Part shown: piece by piece, positions 1 to 9,933 of the stretch
How positions within the stretch are numbered: the stretch's first letter is position 1
How the letters are laid out: every line of letters starts with the position of its first letter
DNA from: an uncultured Candidatus Saccharibacteria bacterium
GTDB taxonomy: Bacteria; Patescibacteriota; Minisyncoccia; Phycocordibacterales; CSBR16-119
NCBI GenBank assembly: GCA_964426385.1
Contig: CAYRQF010000001.1
Coordinates: forward strand, 21,712-85,711
Length of the DNA stretch: 64,000 nt
Reading direction: 5' to 3'
The notes under the pieces: generated by a model
What the model was told of the DNA's origin: nothing
Databases searched by the model: none
What the model saw: the letters and a program-made list of their open reading frames with translations, nothing else
Made by a program: the position numbers and the translations under genes

Positions 1-198
1 CGTCTAGAGTCTGATATACATCAACAGATAGCTCGCTAGGCTCTTCTTCTGGGGTGGACCACTCTTTGCCCACAGGTTCGACGTCTCTATCTTTGCCGAG
101 TACGGGTAAACCTTCATCGCCAGTGAAATTATCTTCATCACTTTCGCGAAGAGAGAGTCCTCCAGTTAATTTTTGAAAAAATGATCTTTTTTTAAACA
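1..198 (-). CDS. Hsp20/alpha-crystallin family small heat-shock protein, N-terminal part; gene runs off the window edge
   Basis: Reverse-strand ATG at 196-198; translation MFKKRSFFQKLTGG...ELSVDVYQTLD shows the Hsp20 N-terminal xLxVDVYET motif; start sits 1 nt after the prsW-like stop. Confidence 0.45.
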
Positions 199-200
199 TG

Positions 201-881
201 TTACATTCTTCTTAGCTGTTCAAATAGCAGGAGTACTACGATTGTTACGCCCCACAAAAGGCTGAATACTCCGAATAATCCTTTGTCGCTACCAATTATA
301 AGAAAATTAAACGCAGAGTGCAAGGTGATAGCGGCCAAAAGTCCGCCAAGTAAGAAAATTTTCTTTGAATACCATCCACGATAGAAAGAAAGTCCGAGTG
401 CGATACCGATTATACCCGAACAGATAGTGTGTAGAAGCATCGCGCCGAGGAATCTGAAGTTACCTGTGAGTAGACTGACTGTCGCATTGCCGAGTGTGAC
501 AGGGTCGAGAAGAAAAAGTGCATTTTCCATGGCAGCAAATCCGAGTGCGCCAGTCATCAGGTATATGGCGAAGTCTACTGGCTCATCAGCCGCCTTGCTT
601 TTGAGTGCAACGAAGAGTACGGCAGAGTATTTGACGATCTCCTCTACCGCAGCCCAGGCTATGGTAAGAATCTTATCGTTAAAGATGAGGCTTCCAACTA
701 GATTCTGGAGGGGGAGAACGACGAATACTGATACCATGCCGATAATAAATGTCAGGACGAGCAGTCCTCGTGGTTCAGGCTTCTCGTCATCTTCGTTGAG
801 CCAGAACCATAACCACAGAAATGCAGGAACAAGCCCTCCGAGGAGAGATATCGCTCCAACTTTGAAACTTATGTCGGCCAT
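201..881 (-). CDS. PrsW-family intramembrane metalloprotease-like polytopic membrane protein
   Basis: 226 aa, multiple TM helices; EExxK (AAVEEIVK), FxxxE (FAAMEN) and His motifs typical of PrsW/CAAX-like proteases. Confidence 0.5.
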   Translation of the reverse strand: MADISFKVGAISLLGGLVPAFLWLWFWLNEDDEKPEPRGLLVLTFIIGMVSVFVVLPLQNLVGSLIFNDKILTIAWAAVEEIVKYSAVLFVALKSKAADEPVDFAIYLMTGALGFAAMENALFLLDPVTLGNATVSLLTGNFRFLGAMLLHTICSGIIGIALGLSFYRGWYSKKIFLLGGLLAAITLHSAFNFLIIGSDKGLFGVFSLLWGVTIVVLLLFEQLRRM

Positions 882-3034
882 TCTTCAATTATAAGCAATT
901 TCTCTGGCTTTCCGTTGTGAATAAGACTCCAGACTTCTTCGGTAACGAATGGCATGAATGGATGAAGTATCTTGAGAGTCTTGTCGAGGAGCTCTCGCAG
1001 TGTTCTGGCTTTAGATTGGGAAGCCTCGTCACTTGTTGCTAGGATGGCTTTACTCTCTTCCAGAATTTTATCGGCAAGTGTATGCCAGGCATAATGATAG
1101 ACCTTCTCACTTGCTAGATGAAGACGTAAATTTTCTAAGTCCGATGTTATATCTTTTATAACTTCGGATTGTTCGGCCAATAATTTTTGATCTTCCGCGT
1201 TAAAATTTGCTGACGCATTGTAATTGTCTGTATTTTGTAAGATGAATCGAGTAACATTCCAGATTTTGTTTGCAAAGTTTTTATAGCCCTTAATCTTGTT
1301 TTCGTCGATACGCATGTCTGTGCCAGGAGCTGTACCAACAATGAGCGCCATACGTGCTGCGTCCGCACCGAACTTGTTTGCAACATCTACCGGGTCGAGT
1401 CCGTTACCAAGAGACTTGGACATCTTGCGTCCTTGGCCATCTCGCACGGTGCCGTGAAGATAAATCGTCTTGAATGGGACTTCACCTAGGGCATATTCAG
1501 TCATAAGTATCATACGGGCTATCCAGAAGAAAAGTATTTCGTAACCTGTTTCTAGGATATTAGTCGGATGGAAGAATTTCAAATCAGGAGTCTTCTCTGG
1601 CCAGCCCAAAGTTGAAAATGTCCAGAGGGCGGATGAGAACCAGGTATCTAGCGTGTCTTCATCTTGTTTCCATTCTGCTGACGGGGAAGTGTCACCAACA
1701 AAAACTTCCTCACCCTTGTACCATACCGGGATCCGATGTCCGTACCAGATCTGGCGTGATATGCACCAATCTCGTAGGTTCTCGATCCAGTGGAAGTAAG
1801 TTTTACCGAAGTAGTCAGGTACTATTTTAATATCACCATTCTCGACGGGCTTACGCATCAGGTCCTTGAGAGTCATATCTCGTCCAGGGATCTGTTTATT
1901 CACATCGACGAACCACTGGAGTTTAGGTAGGGGTTCCACAATACCACCGGTTCTTTCGGCTGTACCAACGTTTTGCTTTGAAACAGCTTCAGACTCTAGA
2001 AGCTGTTGTTCGCGCAGCCAAGAAACTATCGCCTCACGCGCCTCGGTCGTTTTTTTGCCGAGAATTCTTTCGTCACCAACAGACATCTTGGCATATTCAT
2101 TTATGACCGGAATAATAGGTAGATCATTTTTTTGAGCCATCTCCCAGTCAATCATAGAGTGTGCAGGTGTGACACCGAGCGCACCAGTACCAAATTCCAT
2201 CTCTACTGCAACGTCCGCAATTATTTTTACTGAAAGTTTTACTCCACAAAAATCCGGAATTTCGAAAGTTTGTCCTATGTATTTCTGATATCTAGTGTCT
2301 TCGGGGTGAACAGCCACTGCAACATCGCCTACCTTGGTCTCTGGACGGGTAGTTGAGATGGATATAGGGAAATCTTTTGAGTATTTGAAGGTGTAGAGCT
2401 TCGCCTCGCGTTCTTCATATACGATCTCATCGTCTGAGATTGTCGTCTGACCTTTGGGGTCCCAATTGACTATACGATACCCTCGATAGATGAGACCGTC
2501 GTCATACATTTTTTTGAAGATTGCATTGACTGCGATGTTTCTCTTTTCGTCGAGAGTAAAAGCTTCGCGTGACCAATCACAAGAAGATCCGAGAGTCTTA
2601 ATCTGGTTCATCATTGTGTCATGACTCTGTTGGGCGAATTCACGGATACGTCGTAGAAGCTCTTCGCGTCCTAGGTCATGACGTGAAAGACCTTCTTTTT
2701 TGTAGATCTCTTTTTCTACTTTAGACTGAGTGGCAATAGCAGCATGGTCGGTACCAGGAAGCCACAGAGCCTTTTTCCCACGCATACGCTCAAAACGGAT
2801 AAGAATATCTTGAATGGTGGTACCGAGAGCGTGTCCCATGTGTAGTGTGCCCGTCACATTTGGAGGGGGCATCATTATAGTAAAAGGTTCAATATGCCGT
2901 TCTGGCAAATTATCTGGATTGAAATAACCCGAATCTTCCCAGAGTTTGTAGACTCTGGATTCGGTACTTTGAGCATCGTAGGGCTTCATGAAAGCCTCGG
3001 GGATATCGGCGTATATCTTTTTTTCAGGTGGCAT
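869..3034 (-). CDS. valS: valyl-tRNA synthetase, short form without C-terminal coiled-coil
   Basis: PPPNVTGTLHMGH (HIGH) and KMSKS motifs; class Ia aaRS architecture; 721 aa. Confidence 0.85.
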   Translation of the reverse strand: MPPEKKIYADIPEAFMKPYDAQSTESRVYKLWEDSGYFNPDNLPERHIEPFTIMMPPPNVTGTLHMGHALGTTIQDILIRFERMRGKKALWLPGTDHAAIATQSKVEKEIYKKEGLSRHDLGREELLRRIREFAQQSHDTMMNQIKTLGSSCDWSREAFTLDEKRNIAVNAIFKKMYDDGLIYRGYRIVNWDPKGQTTISDDEIVYEEREAKLYTFKYSKDFPISISTTRPETKVGDVAVAVHPEDTRYQKYIGQTFEIPDFCGVKLSVKIIADVAVEMEFGTGALGVTPAHSMIDWEMAQKNDLPIIPVINEYAKMSVGDERILGKKTTEAREAIVSWLREQQLLESEAVSKQNVGTAERTGGIVEPLPKLQWFVDVNKQIPGRDMTLKDLMRKPVENGDIKIVPDYFGKTYFHWIENLRDWCISRQIWYGHRIPVWYKGEEVFVGDTSPSAEWKQDEDTLDTWFSSALWTFSTLGWPEKTPDLKFFHPTNILETGYEILFFWIARMILMTEYALGEVPFKTIYLHGTVRDGQGRKMSKSLGNGLDPVDVANKFGADAARMALIVGTAPGTDMRIDENKIKGYKNFANKIWNVTRFILQNTDNYNASANFNAEDQKLLAEQSEVIKDITSDLENLRLHLASEKVYHYAWHTLADKILEESKAILATSDEASQSKARTLRELLDKTLKILHPFMPFVTEEVWSLIHNGKPEKLLIIEEWPT

Positions 3035-3130
3035 TCTGTGATTTTATCATAAAATAAAGGTTTCCAAAGGGTTTGACTTTGATACTCGCCTGGGCTATTT
3101 TTAACCCGAACCAACCACAGATCATTCATT

Positions 3131-4168
3131 ATGGGAACCCAGGAAATCCTCACGAAACTTCTGGGCCAACAGTTGGTTCAGAAGGTTTACAAGTTTGGTG
3201 GCCAACATGTTGGCGCCATTGGAAACATCGATATCATCGCATCAGTGCTCGGCCTCCTTGCGCACATCGGACGTCCTGCGGGGCTCGTCTTCTCTGCTCC
3301 TCAAGGCTTCACGGAGAGACTCCGTCAGATGTTCTTGCTTACACACTCCGGACATCAAGGAAGAGCGCGTGATCAATTCAATCTGGCAATGGACGGATTG
3401 TACTCAGCGTGGACTAGTCTTCGGGACGAACTTGCGCAAGCAGTTTCGCCAGAGCGAAGGACTGAGTTCGACGTAAGATCTTCGGTCATTGATGATGAAG
3501 TGCTTCGACAGATCGCGAGCTTTAAGATGCAGATAGAGTCGATATTCCGAAGCGGAAATCAGATGAGGCCGGACTGTGCTGAGGCCAAATTCCTCGCGAT
3601 GGGCGAGCGCAGTTTCGGTGAGATCATCATGAGACCGCTTTGCGATATCCTGACGGAATTCTTCGGTATGAATTTCGTGTATTTGGATCCGATCCACTAC
3701 GTTGTCTCCCAGCGAAAGCAAGAAGGTTGTAAGGATTTAGATCCAGATATCTTCATTAGCGCAGCAAACCTGCGTGAACATATCGCTGGTCGGCAGAAAT
3801 GGACGAAGGGCGGACCGATCACGTTTGTCATGCCGGGCTTCTGTCTTGCGGTAAACAGAGGCTGGCAAATAGGAACGATGCCGTTCAACGGCTCAGACAT
3901 CTCGGCTTACATCTTGAGCCTAGCCTTCGGTCTCGATCCTGTCGAGCTTGTCTACATCAAGCGTGTCATGGGCGATGTGCCTACCGACATCCAGAGCTTG
4001 ATCGATCAGCAAAATGCGAGTGCTGGCGTTGATGGCAAAAGGAGTGAGCTGGTTGCCACGTTTGTGCTCGAGCAGCTTCGAGTCGCTCGCCGTGATCTAC
4101 AGCTCTACAACACGACAACTGGGACTTTTCATACTGTGCCCGTTGCAGTCGGGGTGTCTACTAGTTAG
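3131..4168 (+). CDS. amino-acid kinase family protein (aspartokinase-like catalytic domain only, no ACT domains)
   Basis: KVYKFGG N-terminal motif, GERSFGE (GExxS) and NGSDISAY (GGSDxTA-like) motifs of aspartokinase; higher GC than neighbours. Confidence 0.45.
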   Translation: MGTQEILTKLLGQQLVQKVYKFGGQHVGAIGNIDIIASVLGLLAHIGRPAGLVFSAPQGFTERLRQMFLLTHSGHQGRARDQFNLAMDGLYSAWTSLRDELAQAVSPERRTEFDVRSSVIDDEVLRQIASFKMQIESIFRSGNQMRPDCAEAKFLAMGERSFGEIIMRPLCDILTEFFGMNFVYLDPIHYVVSQRKQEGCKDLDPDIFISAANLREHIAGRQKWTKGGPITFVMPGFCLAVNRGWQIGTMPFNGSDISAYILSLAFGLDPVELVYIKRVMGDVPTDIQSLIDQQNASAGVDGKRSELVATFVLEQLRVARRDLQLYNTTTGTFHTVPVAVGVSTS

Positions 4169-4194
4169 ATATCCATCAGTTCTATCTTCACGAA

Positions 4195-4226
4195 GCCCCG
4201 GTGATACCCGGGGCTTTGTCGCTTGT
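4195..4226 (+). terminator. rho-independent terminator GCCCCGG-loop-CCGGGGC plus TTTGTCGCTT
   Basis: Perfect 7-bp GC stem followed by a T-rich tail directly after the 3131..4168 stop. Confidence 0.6.
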
Positions 4227-4309
4227 GGGGAGCCTTGTTTTGGTAGGGTAAATGGAGTAATCTCGATGGGAAAGACGAAAACAACGAACCTCAACAAACA
4301 CTCTTTGAC

Positions 4310-5485
4310 ATGGCTACCAAACCGCTAGACCGATACGCCCAAAGGGGTGTTTCATCTGGAAAAGAAGACGTCCACAAGGCCATCAAGAAGCTCGATAAGG
4401 GGCTATATCCAAATGCCTTTTGCAAAATTTTCCCGAGCATGCGCGGGGAGATGTATGGCTCGATAATGCATGCAGATGGGGCAGGTTCAAAGGCGGCGCT
4501 CGCTTATGCGTACTGGAAACAGACGGGAGATCTGACAGTCCTGCACGGACTAGCGCAGGATTCGATGGTCATGAACTTCGATGATCTGCTGTGTATCGGA
4601 GCAACTGGCCACATGGATGTATCAAGTACGCTCCAGCGCAACAAGCGACTGATCTCTGCTGAAGCTGTCCAGGCGATCATTGAGGGGACACAGATCTTCA
4701 TCGATGACATGAACAGCTACGGATATGATATGCGAAACATGGGTGGAGAAACCGCTGACCTCGGCGATCTGGTCCGAACCCTCGTACTCGATCACACTTT
4801 CCACACCGAGATGCATCGTGCTGAAGTGATCGATCTTGCCAATGTTCGTCCCGGTGATGTGATCGTTGGGCTTGCCTCGTACGGCCAGGCTTCCTATGAG
4901 AAGAACTACAACAGCGGTATGGGGAGCAACGGACTCACAAGTGCACGCCACGACATTTTCGGCAAATACATGGCCAAGCGCTTCCCAGACACGTTCGATC
5001 CCAAGATGAAGAAGAGCCTGCGCTATTGCGGCAAGCATACGCTTCTCGAGGTGGAGCCGGAAACCGGACGAACATTTGGACAGCTAGTGCTTTCGCCGAC
5101 ACGGACGTATGGTCCCATCATGAAGAAACTGTTCGAGTCGATGCCTAAGTCGTGGATCCATGGTATTGTGCACTGCTCTGGTGGTGGTCAGACGAAATGT
5201 CTGCACTACATTGACGGGATGCACATCGTGAAGGACAAAATGCTACCCGTCCCCCCGCTGTTCCGCATCATCCAGCAGGACACAGGAACACCACCGCATG
5301 AGATGTACCGTACATTCAACATGGGTCATCGTATGGAGATCTACCTGCCTGAAGTCTATGCGGAAACTGTGATAGAGGTTGCGAAGGGCTTCAACGTTGA
5401 GGCGCAAGTAATCGGGCGATGTGATCCGCATCGTGGTCATAGGCTCACCATTTACTCGCAGGAGTACGGCAAATTGAAGTACTAG
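4310..5485 (+). CDS. PurM (AIR synthetase)-family protein
   Basis: DGAGSK, NDLLCIGA and GGETADLG motifs match PurM-superfamily signatures (DGVGTK, NDL..GA, GGETAEMP). Confidence 0.55.
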   Translation: MATKPLDRYAQRGVSSGKEDVHKAIKKLDKGLYPNAFCKIFPSMRGEMYGSIMHADGAGSKAALAYAYWKQTGDLTVLHGLAQDSMVMNFDDLLCIGATGHMDVSSTLQRNKRLISAEAVQAIIEGTQIFIDDMNSYGYDMRNMGGETADLGDLVRTLVLDHTFHTEMHRAEVIDLANVRPGDVIVGLASYGQASYEKNYNSGMGSNGLTSARHDIFGKYMAKRFPDTFDPKMKKSLRYCGKHTLLEVEPETGRTFGQLVLSPTRTYGPIMKKLFESMPKSWIHGIVHCSGGGQTKCLHYIDGMHIVKDKMLPVPPLFRIIQQDTGTPPHEMYRTFNMGHRMEIYLPEVYAETVIEVAKGFNVEAQVIGRCDPHRGHRLTIYSQEYGKLKY

Positions 5486-5502
5486 GCCACCGTTCCTTCG
5501 AA

Positions 5503-5534
5503 GAAAGCCCCGCAGCATGTGCTGCGGGGCTTCG
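5503..5534. terminator. bidirectional terminator hairpin between convergent purM-like and tsaD
   Basis: AGCCCCGCAGC-ATGT-GCTGCGGGGCT perfect palindrome. Confidence 0.6.
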
Positions 5535-5538
5535 ACGT

Positions 5539-6714
5539 TTATAAGCTCCAATTCGAATCTGCTTTTATGGATTCAAGTGGCGGGACTGGTTTACCAGAAG
5601 CTATCTCCAAATATCCTGCGATGCCGATCATGATCGAGTTGTCACCAGAGAGGTGTTGGTCTGGAACATGGAGGATTACATTCGGGAAGTTTTTTTCGAT
5701 CATATTCTTCATCTCACTTTTTATATATCCGTTCGCGGAGACTCCACCACCGATGATGAGAGTCTCGATGCCGTATTCTTCTATCGCTCGTTTAGTCTTT
5801 TTTATCAATACTTCTGTCACCGCCGTTTCGAATTCTAACGCGATATCTGTTTTTGTTTGCTCGTCTAAATCTCCAAGCTTTTTTATTAGGTATAGCACCG
5901 CTGTCTTGATACCAGAGAACGAGAAATTATAATTGTCTGACCCGATCATCGGACGGGGAAGTTTGATGTCTTCTCGTTTTACTCCGAGACGTGCGAGTCT
6001 AGAAACCTCGGGTCCACCCGGGTATGGGAGACCGAGTAGTCGTGCGACCTTGTCGAAAGCTTCTCCGAGAGCGTCGTCGACGGTAGTACCGATCTTTTCG
6101 TATTGTAGCCAGCCTTTGATCAGCACTAGTTCAGTATGTCCACCGGAGATAAGGAGAGCGAGAGCTGGGAAATGAAAATCAGAAAGATTTATCTCTTGAG
6201 ATTCAGACTTCTTTGAGTCGATAAGCGTCGATAGAACATGACCCTCCATATGGTTCACTGGCATAACTGGTATGTCCCACATGTATCCGAGTGCTCGAGC
6301 GAAGTTCACCCCCACCCAAAGTGCTGGTTCGAGGCCGGGTCCTGTTGTGACGGCGATATGGTCAATATCAGGTTTTTTAATAGTCCTCGCGATATCGATA
6401 ACACTCTCGACGAGATCAGTTTCCCGCACGAGAAGCTCTCGTAGATAATTCTCTTTGCTTTCAGAAAATTTCGAATCAGAATCGCTATATAGTCCAGCAG
6501 ATTTTAAGTTTTCAATCAGAATGGGCGCGAGATTTTTAGCATGCTCACGTTTCGCTACTGTGGGGAATACACCGCCGAACTCTTTGTGAATTTCTATCTG
6601 AGACCGTACGAGGTTCGAAAGGATGCGAAAAGAAGGCGCATTTTTACCGCCTGTAATCTCGAGTATGGATATGGCTGTCTCATCACAACTTGTTTCGATA
6701 CTTAATATTTTCAT
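5539..6714 (-). CDS. tsaD: tRNA N6-adenosine threonylcarbamoyltransferase TsaD (Kae1/YgjD family)
   Basis: N-terminal MKILSIETSCDETAISIL signature. Confidence 0.85.
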   Translation of the reverse strand: MKILSIETSCDETAISILEITGGKNAPSFRILSNLVRSQIEIHKEFGGVFPTVAKREHAKNLAPILIENLKSAGLYSDSDSKFSESKENYLRELLVRETDLVESVIDIARTIKKPDIDHIAVTTGPGLEPALWVGVNFARALGYMWDIPVMPVNHMEGHVLSTLIDSKKSESQEINLSDFHFPALALLISGGHTELVLIKGWLQYEKIGTTVDDALGEAFDKVARLLGLPYPGGPEVSRLARLGVKREDIKLPRPMIGSDNYNFSFSGIKTAVLYLIKKLGDLDEQTKTDIALEFETAVTEVLIKKTKRAIEEYGIETLIIGGGVSANGYIKSEMKNMIEKNFPNVILHVPDQHLSGDNSIMIGIAGYLEIASGKPVPPLESIKADSNWSL

Positions 6715-6840
6715 ATACTGTTTCGCTTGCCCCGTATGAAGCCGGGCTTCGTATCGGGGTCACAGCTAGTCTCTATAGACAGGATTTTCATAAGAATTCA
6801 CTCACTATATACGAATATCCGAAAATGTTAAGATTTACCT

Positions 6841-7431
6841 ATGTCTAAATCGATTTTCATCATTGGCCAGTCTGGCTCGGGTAAGGACACTCTGGCCGCA
6901 AGCCTCATCGAATATTTGGGAGGAGAATCAAAAGTGCTCTATATATCGACAGGCGAGGAGCTCCGAAAATTTACAAAAGGAGAGTATCTGACTGCGAAGC
7001 TTGCCAAATCCAACAACGAGAAGGGTCACATTGCACCATGGTTTGTTATCGTGGGGTGCTGGTTCAGGAAACTGAGCGAAGAATTTACTGGAGAGCAAAT
7101 AATGCTCTGGAACGGAACACCACGGTCTGCCAAAGAATTCGAGATACTTTCTCAGATGATCGAGTTCTATGGCAGGCATGCAGATATGATTCACCTCCAG
7201 GTACCAGACGAGGAATGCTTGAAAAGGATCACAGACCGGCAAAATGCTATAGGACGAGAAGAAACAAAAACCGAACAATCAATAAGAAACAAGCTTCAGT
7301 TTTATTACGATAAAGTCTTGCCGGCTATTGAGCTAGCTAAGACAGATCAGAATTTCACCGTTCATGAGATAGATGGGGCGGGGAGTAAGGAGGAAGTTTT
7401 TGAGAGGGTGAAGAAAGCCCTGTCGATATAG
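6841..7431 (+). CDS. P-loop nucleotide/nucleoside kinase family protein (AAA_33 / adenylate-kinase-like)
   Basis: Walker A GQSGSGKDT at N-terminus; about 196 aa, typical NMP-kinase size. Confidence 0.45.
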   Translation: MSKSIFIIGQSGSGKDTLAASLIEYLGGESKVLYISTGEELRKFTKGEYLTAKLAKSNNEKGHIAPWFVIVGCWFRKLSEEFTGEQIMLWNGTPRSAKEFEILSQMIEFYGRHADMIHLQVPDEECLKRITDRQNAIGREETKTEQSIRNKLQFYYDKVLPAIELAKTDQNFTVHEIDGAGSKEEVFERVKKALSI

Positions 7432-7432
7432 G

Positions 7433-7505
7433 TGCGCGATAGAGGATTCGAACCTCTGACCTACCCCACGTCAAGGGGTCGCTCTACCAACTGAGCTAAC
7501 CGCGC
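7433..7505 (-). tRNA. tRNA-Val (anticodon GAC)
   Basis: Reverse complement folds as a cloverleaf: acceptor GCGCGGT/ATCGCGC, T-loop GGTTCGAATCC, anticodon loop TTGACGT; no encoded CCA. Confidence 0.85.
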
Positions 7506-7609
7506 GATAAGAGAAACAATACTATAAAAGCGGGCTTGATTCAAGTAAAATTAAGGCATAAGATAGTCCCCGAGAGAGAAGATCGTTTAACCCAACAACT
7601 CAAGAAGTC

Positions 7610-8005
7610 ATGATCAGCATAGCGGTTGTTTTGCCAACGATTGAAGAGGGGCAGGAACTCTTCTGTGTGTCTTACAGTACGATAGTGCACAAAGCGGATG
7701 GTGAGACCAAAGGCCACTTCTTCTTTGCCGAAGACCTGGAAGACCCGACCGTAAACCTTATATTGGAAAAGGTCCACAGTCTTCTCGAAGATCCAGAGTG
7801 GTCAGGATTTCTACTGATACTTCTTCGCGGTGAAGAAGAAATGGCAGGTAATATGCTTGGTTTGCTCGAAACCAAGCTAGCTGGTGAAAAACGACTGAGT
7901 ATTTTCATCGATGACCCTGGAGAAGAAGATCTGTCTGTTCCGCTCACGTTCGACATAATGCACAGAGCGTCACTGATCGGTTCCTTGGCGAACCACAAGA
8001 ACTGA
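7610..8005 (+). CDS. hypothetical protein (131 aa)
   Basis: ORF between two tRNAs, followed by a terminator hairpin at 8012-8040; no recognisable motif. Confidence 0.3.
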   Translation: MISIAVVLPTIEEGQELFCVSYSTIVHKADGETKGHFFFAEDLEDPTVNLILEKVHSLLEDPEWSGFLLILLRGEEEMAGNMLGLLETKLAGEKRLSIFIDDPGEEDLSVPLTFDIMHRASLIGSLANHKN

Positions 8006-8011
8006 GAAATG

Positions 8012-8040
8012 AGGGGCCTTTAATCAGGCCCTTTCTCGTT
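8012..8040 (+). terminator. rho-independent terminator GGGCCT-TTAATC-AGGCCC plus TTTCTCGTT
   Basis: Stem-loop followed by a T-run. Confidence 0.5.
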
Positions 8041-8102
8041 GCCAAAAAAGCGAAAAATGATATACTCTCATTGTTTTTAGGCTATGTGCCGAAAAGACAC
8101 AT

Positions 8103-8174
8103 GGCCCCATCGTCTAACGGTTAGGACAGCAGGTTTTCAATCTGTTAATCGGAGTTCGATTCTCCGTGGGGTCA
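8103..8174 (+). tRNA. tRNA-Glu (anticodon TTC)
   Basis: Acceptor GGCCCCA/TGGGGTC, T-loop GTTCGATTC, anticodon loop TTTTCAA; possible promoter TTGCCA-N16-TATACT at 8039-8066. Confidence 0.8.
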
Positions 8175-8251
8175 CAAAATAGAGAGCTAGTTCGAGCGCT
8201 CTAGAAGTGCTACAGGTTTATAAATAAGACAGTATTATTAAGTGTTAGCAA

Positions 8252-9727
8252 ATGAGTAAACCAATAAACCTATTGTCATTGGTGCAGGCAAAAAATACCC
8301 TGTCTAATTCAGCATTTGAAAATTTCAAAAGTCACTATCTTCTGGAATTTAGGGACAGCGAAATAGACGACTTGTCTTCCTTGATTATCTGCCTGAATGA
8401 AAGTGGGTGTTTAATTCCGGATTTGGACAACTTTGTAGTTGGATATAAAATACCTCAAATTGGAAAAGAGTTTGATCTTCTTCGTTTTGGGTATGAACTC
8501 ATAATTAACATAGAGTTAAAAAAGACGAGTGACGAAGAGAAAATTAAAAGACAGCTTGCACGAAATAAACACTACCTTAGTTTTGCAGGACTCAAGACGT
8601 GTCACTATATGTATTTGTCTGAGTCTGGTTTATTTTTTAAACTTGGTGGATCTGGTGAAATTGAGAACATAAAAATTCCAGAACTTACAAGACAGCTTAA
8701 AGAACAGGCTTTGTCACAAGAACAAAATTTAGATGATTTCTTTAATCCTGCAAGTTACTTAGTGTCCCCGTTCAATTCGACTGAAAGATTTCTTGCTGGC
8801 GAATATTTTCTAACTCATCAACAGGAAGAGGTCTCTGATACAGTGATGGATTATCTCGCAACACACACAGAACCTGGTTTTATCAGTCTCAAAGGGGGTG
8901 CTGGAACAGGTAAATCTTTGCTGGTCTATCATATTGCAAAAGACGCACTTAAAGCTGGCAAAAAAGTACTAATCATACATTGCGGAATACTCAACCAAGG
9001 CCACGACCTACTTAAATCGATAGGCTGGGAAGTTCAACCTATCCGCTTATATAAAGGCTTAAAAATCTCAGATTATGACCTAATAATCATAGATGAAGCG
9101 CAGCGTTTATTTGATTACCAATTCAAACACCTCTCAAAGGAAGTCAAAACCAGCAAGGCTTTGTGTATCTTTTCTTTCGACAAACTTCAAACCTTAGCTG
9201 CTTTTGAGGACAGATTTGATATTGAATGTCAAATATCTTCACTTATTCCAATCTCAGACCACACACTCTCAGAAAAAATAAGGTCGAACAAGGAAATTGT
9301 TGACTTTATTGTCATGTTGTTTAACAAGAATAAAAACTATGAAATTAGAGGAGGTAAAAACATATACTTAAAGTATTTTTCTACAAACAAAGATGCTAGT
9401 GATTATCTAAGTAGTTTGGATAAAGATGAGTGGCAATTGCTAAGATTTACGCCCTCACTGTTCAGTGTCGAACACCATGAGTCCTATTTTCGACAGGACA
9501 CACCAACATCTCATGGAATAATTGGGCAAGAATTCGACAATGTAGTTGTAGTGATTGATGAATTATTTTCTTACCACGAAAGTGGTCAGCTCGTTTATCG
9601 CGGTAGATCTTACTATCATCCGAGAAAAATGTTATTTCAGAATATCACTAGAGCAAGAAAGAAAGTACTAGTCGTAATCATTAACAACGAAGAGCTACTT
9701 GAGAGATGTGTGCAAATACTTAGATAA
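8252..9727 (+). CDS. DUF2075-like protein: N-terminal NERD/PD-(D/E)xK-like nuclease domain plus SF1 (Dda/RecD-like) helicase ATPase
   Basis: Walker A GGAGTGKS, Walker B IIIDEAQR, motif-VI-like NITRARKKVLVV; N-terminal EFDLL...ELIINIELKK resembles a PD-(D/E)xK core; about 33% GC, much lower than flanks; directly downstream of tRNA-Glu. Confidence 0.6.
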   Translation: MSKPINLLSLVQAKNTLSNSAFENFKSHYLLEFRDSEIDDLSSLIICLNESGCLIPDLDNFVVGYKIPQIGKEFDLLRFGYELIINIELKKTSDEEKIKRQLARNKHYLSFAGLKTCHYMYLSESGLFFKLGGSGEIENIKIPELTRQLKEQALSQEQNLDDFFNPASYLVSPFNSTERFLAGEYFLTHQQEEVSDTVMDYLATHTEPGFISLKGGAGTGKSLLVYHIAKDALKAGKKVLIIHCGILNQGHDLLKSIGWEVQPIRLYKGLKISDYDLIIIDEAQRLFDYQFKHLSKEVKTSKALCIFSFDKLQTLAAFEDRFDIECQISSLIPISDHTLSEKIRSNKEIVDFIVMLFNKNKNYEIRGGKNIYLKYFSTNKDASDYLSSLDKDEWQLLRFTPSLFSVEHHESYFRQDTPTSHGIIGQEFDNVVVVIDELFSYHESGQLVYRGRSYYHPRKMLFQNITRARKKVLVVIINNEELLERCVQILR

Positions 9728-9841
9728 GGCTCACAATCATATCTCTCGAGATGGGTCGAAGTGGTTATCAAGTAAACCGCCAGAAAAGCATTACTGGGTA
9801 ATAAATTTAATTGGTTCCATCTCGAGAAGGCTTACAATACC

Positions 9842-9876
9842 AAAAAGTCTTGGAAGTATTTCCAAGACTTTTTGTT
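9842..9876. terminator. bidirectional terminator AAAAGTCTTGGA-AGTAT-TTCCAAGACTTTT
   Basis: Perfect 12-bp palindrome flanked by A/T runs. Confidence 0.6.
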
Positions 9877-9890
9877 ATTGAACTAATATG

Positions 9891-9919
9891 AAAAAGCCGG
9901 CTGGTGGGCCGGCTGTTCC
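9891..9919 (-). terminator. terminator for the lpxC-like gene (GCCGGC-loop-GCCGGC with T-run on the minus strand)
   Basis: Hairpin plus AAAAA on the plus strand (TTTTT on the minus strand) immediately after the minus-strand stop. Confidence 0.5.
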
Positions 9920-9933
9920 AAAAGGTTCAATTT

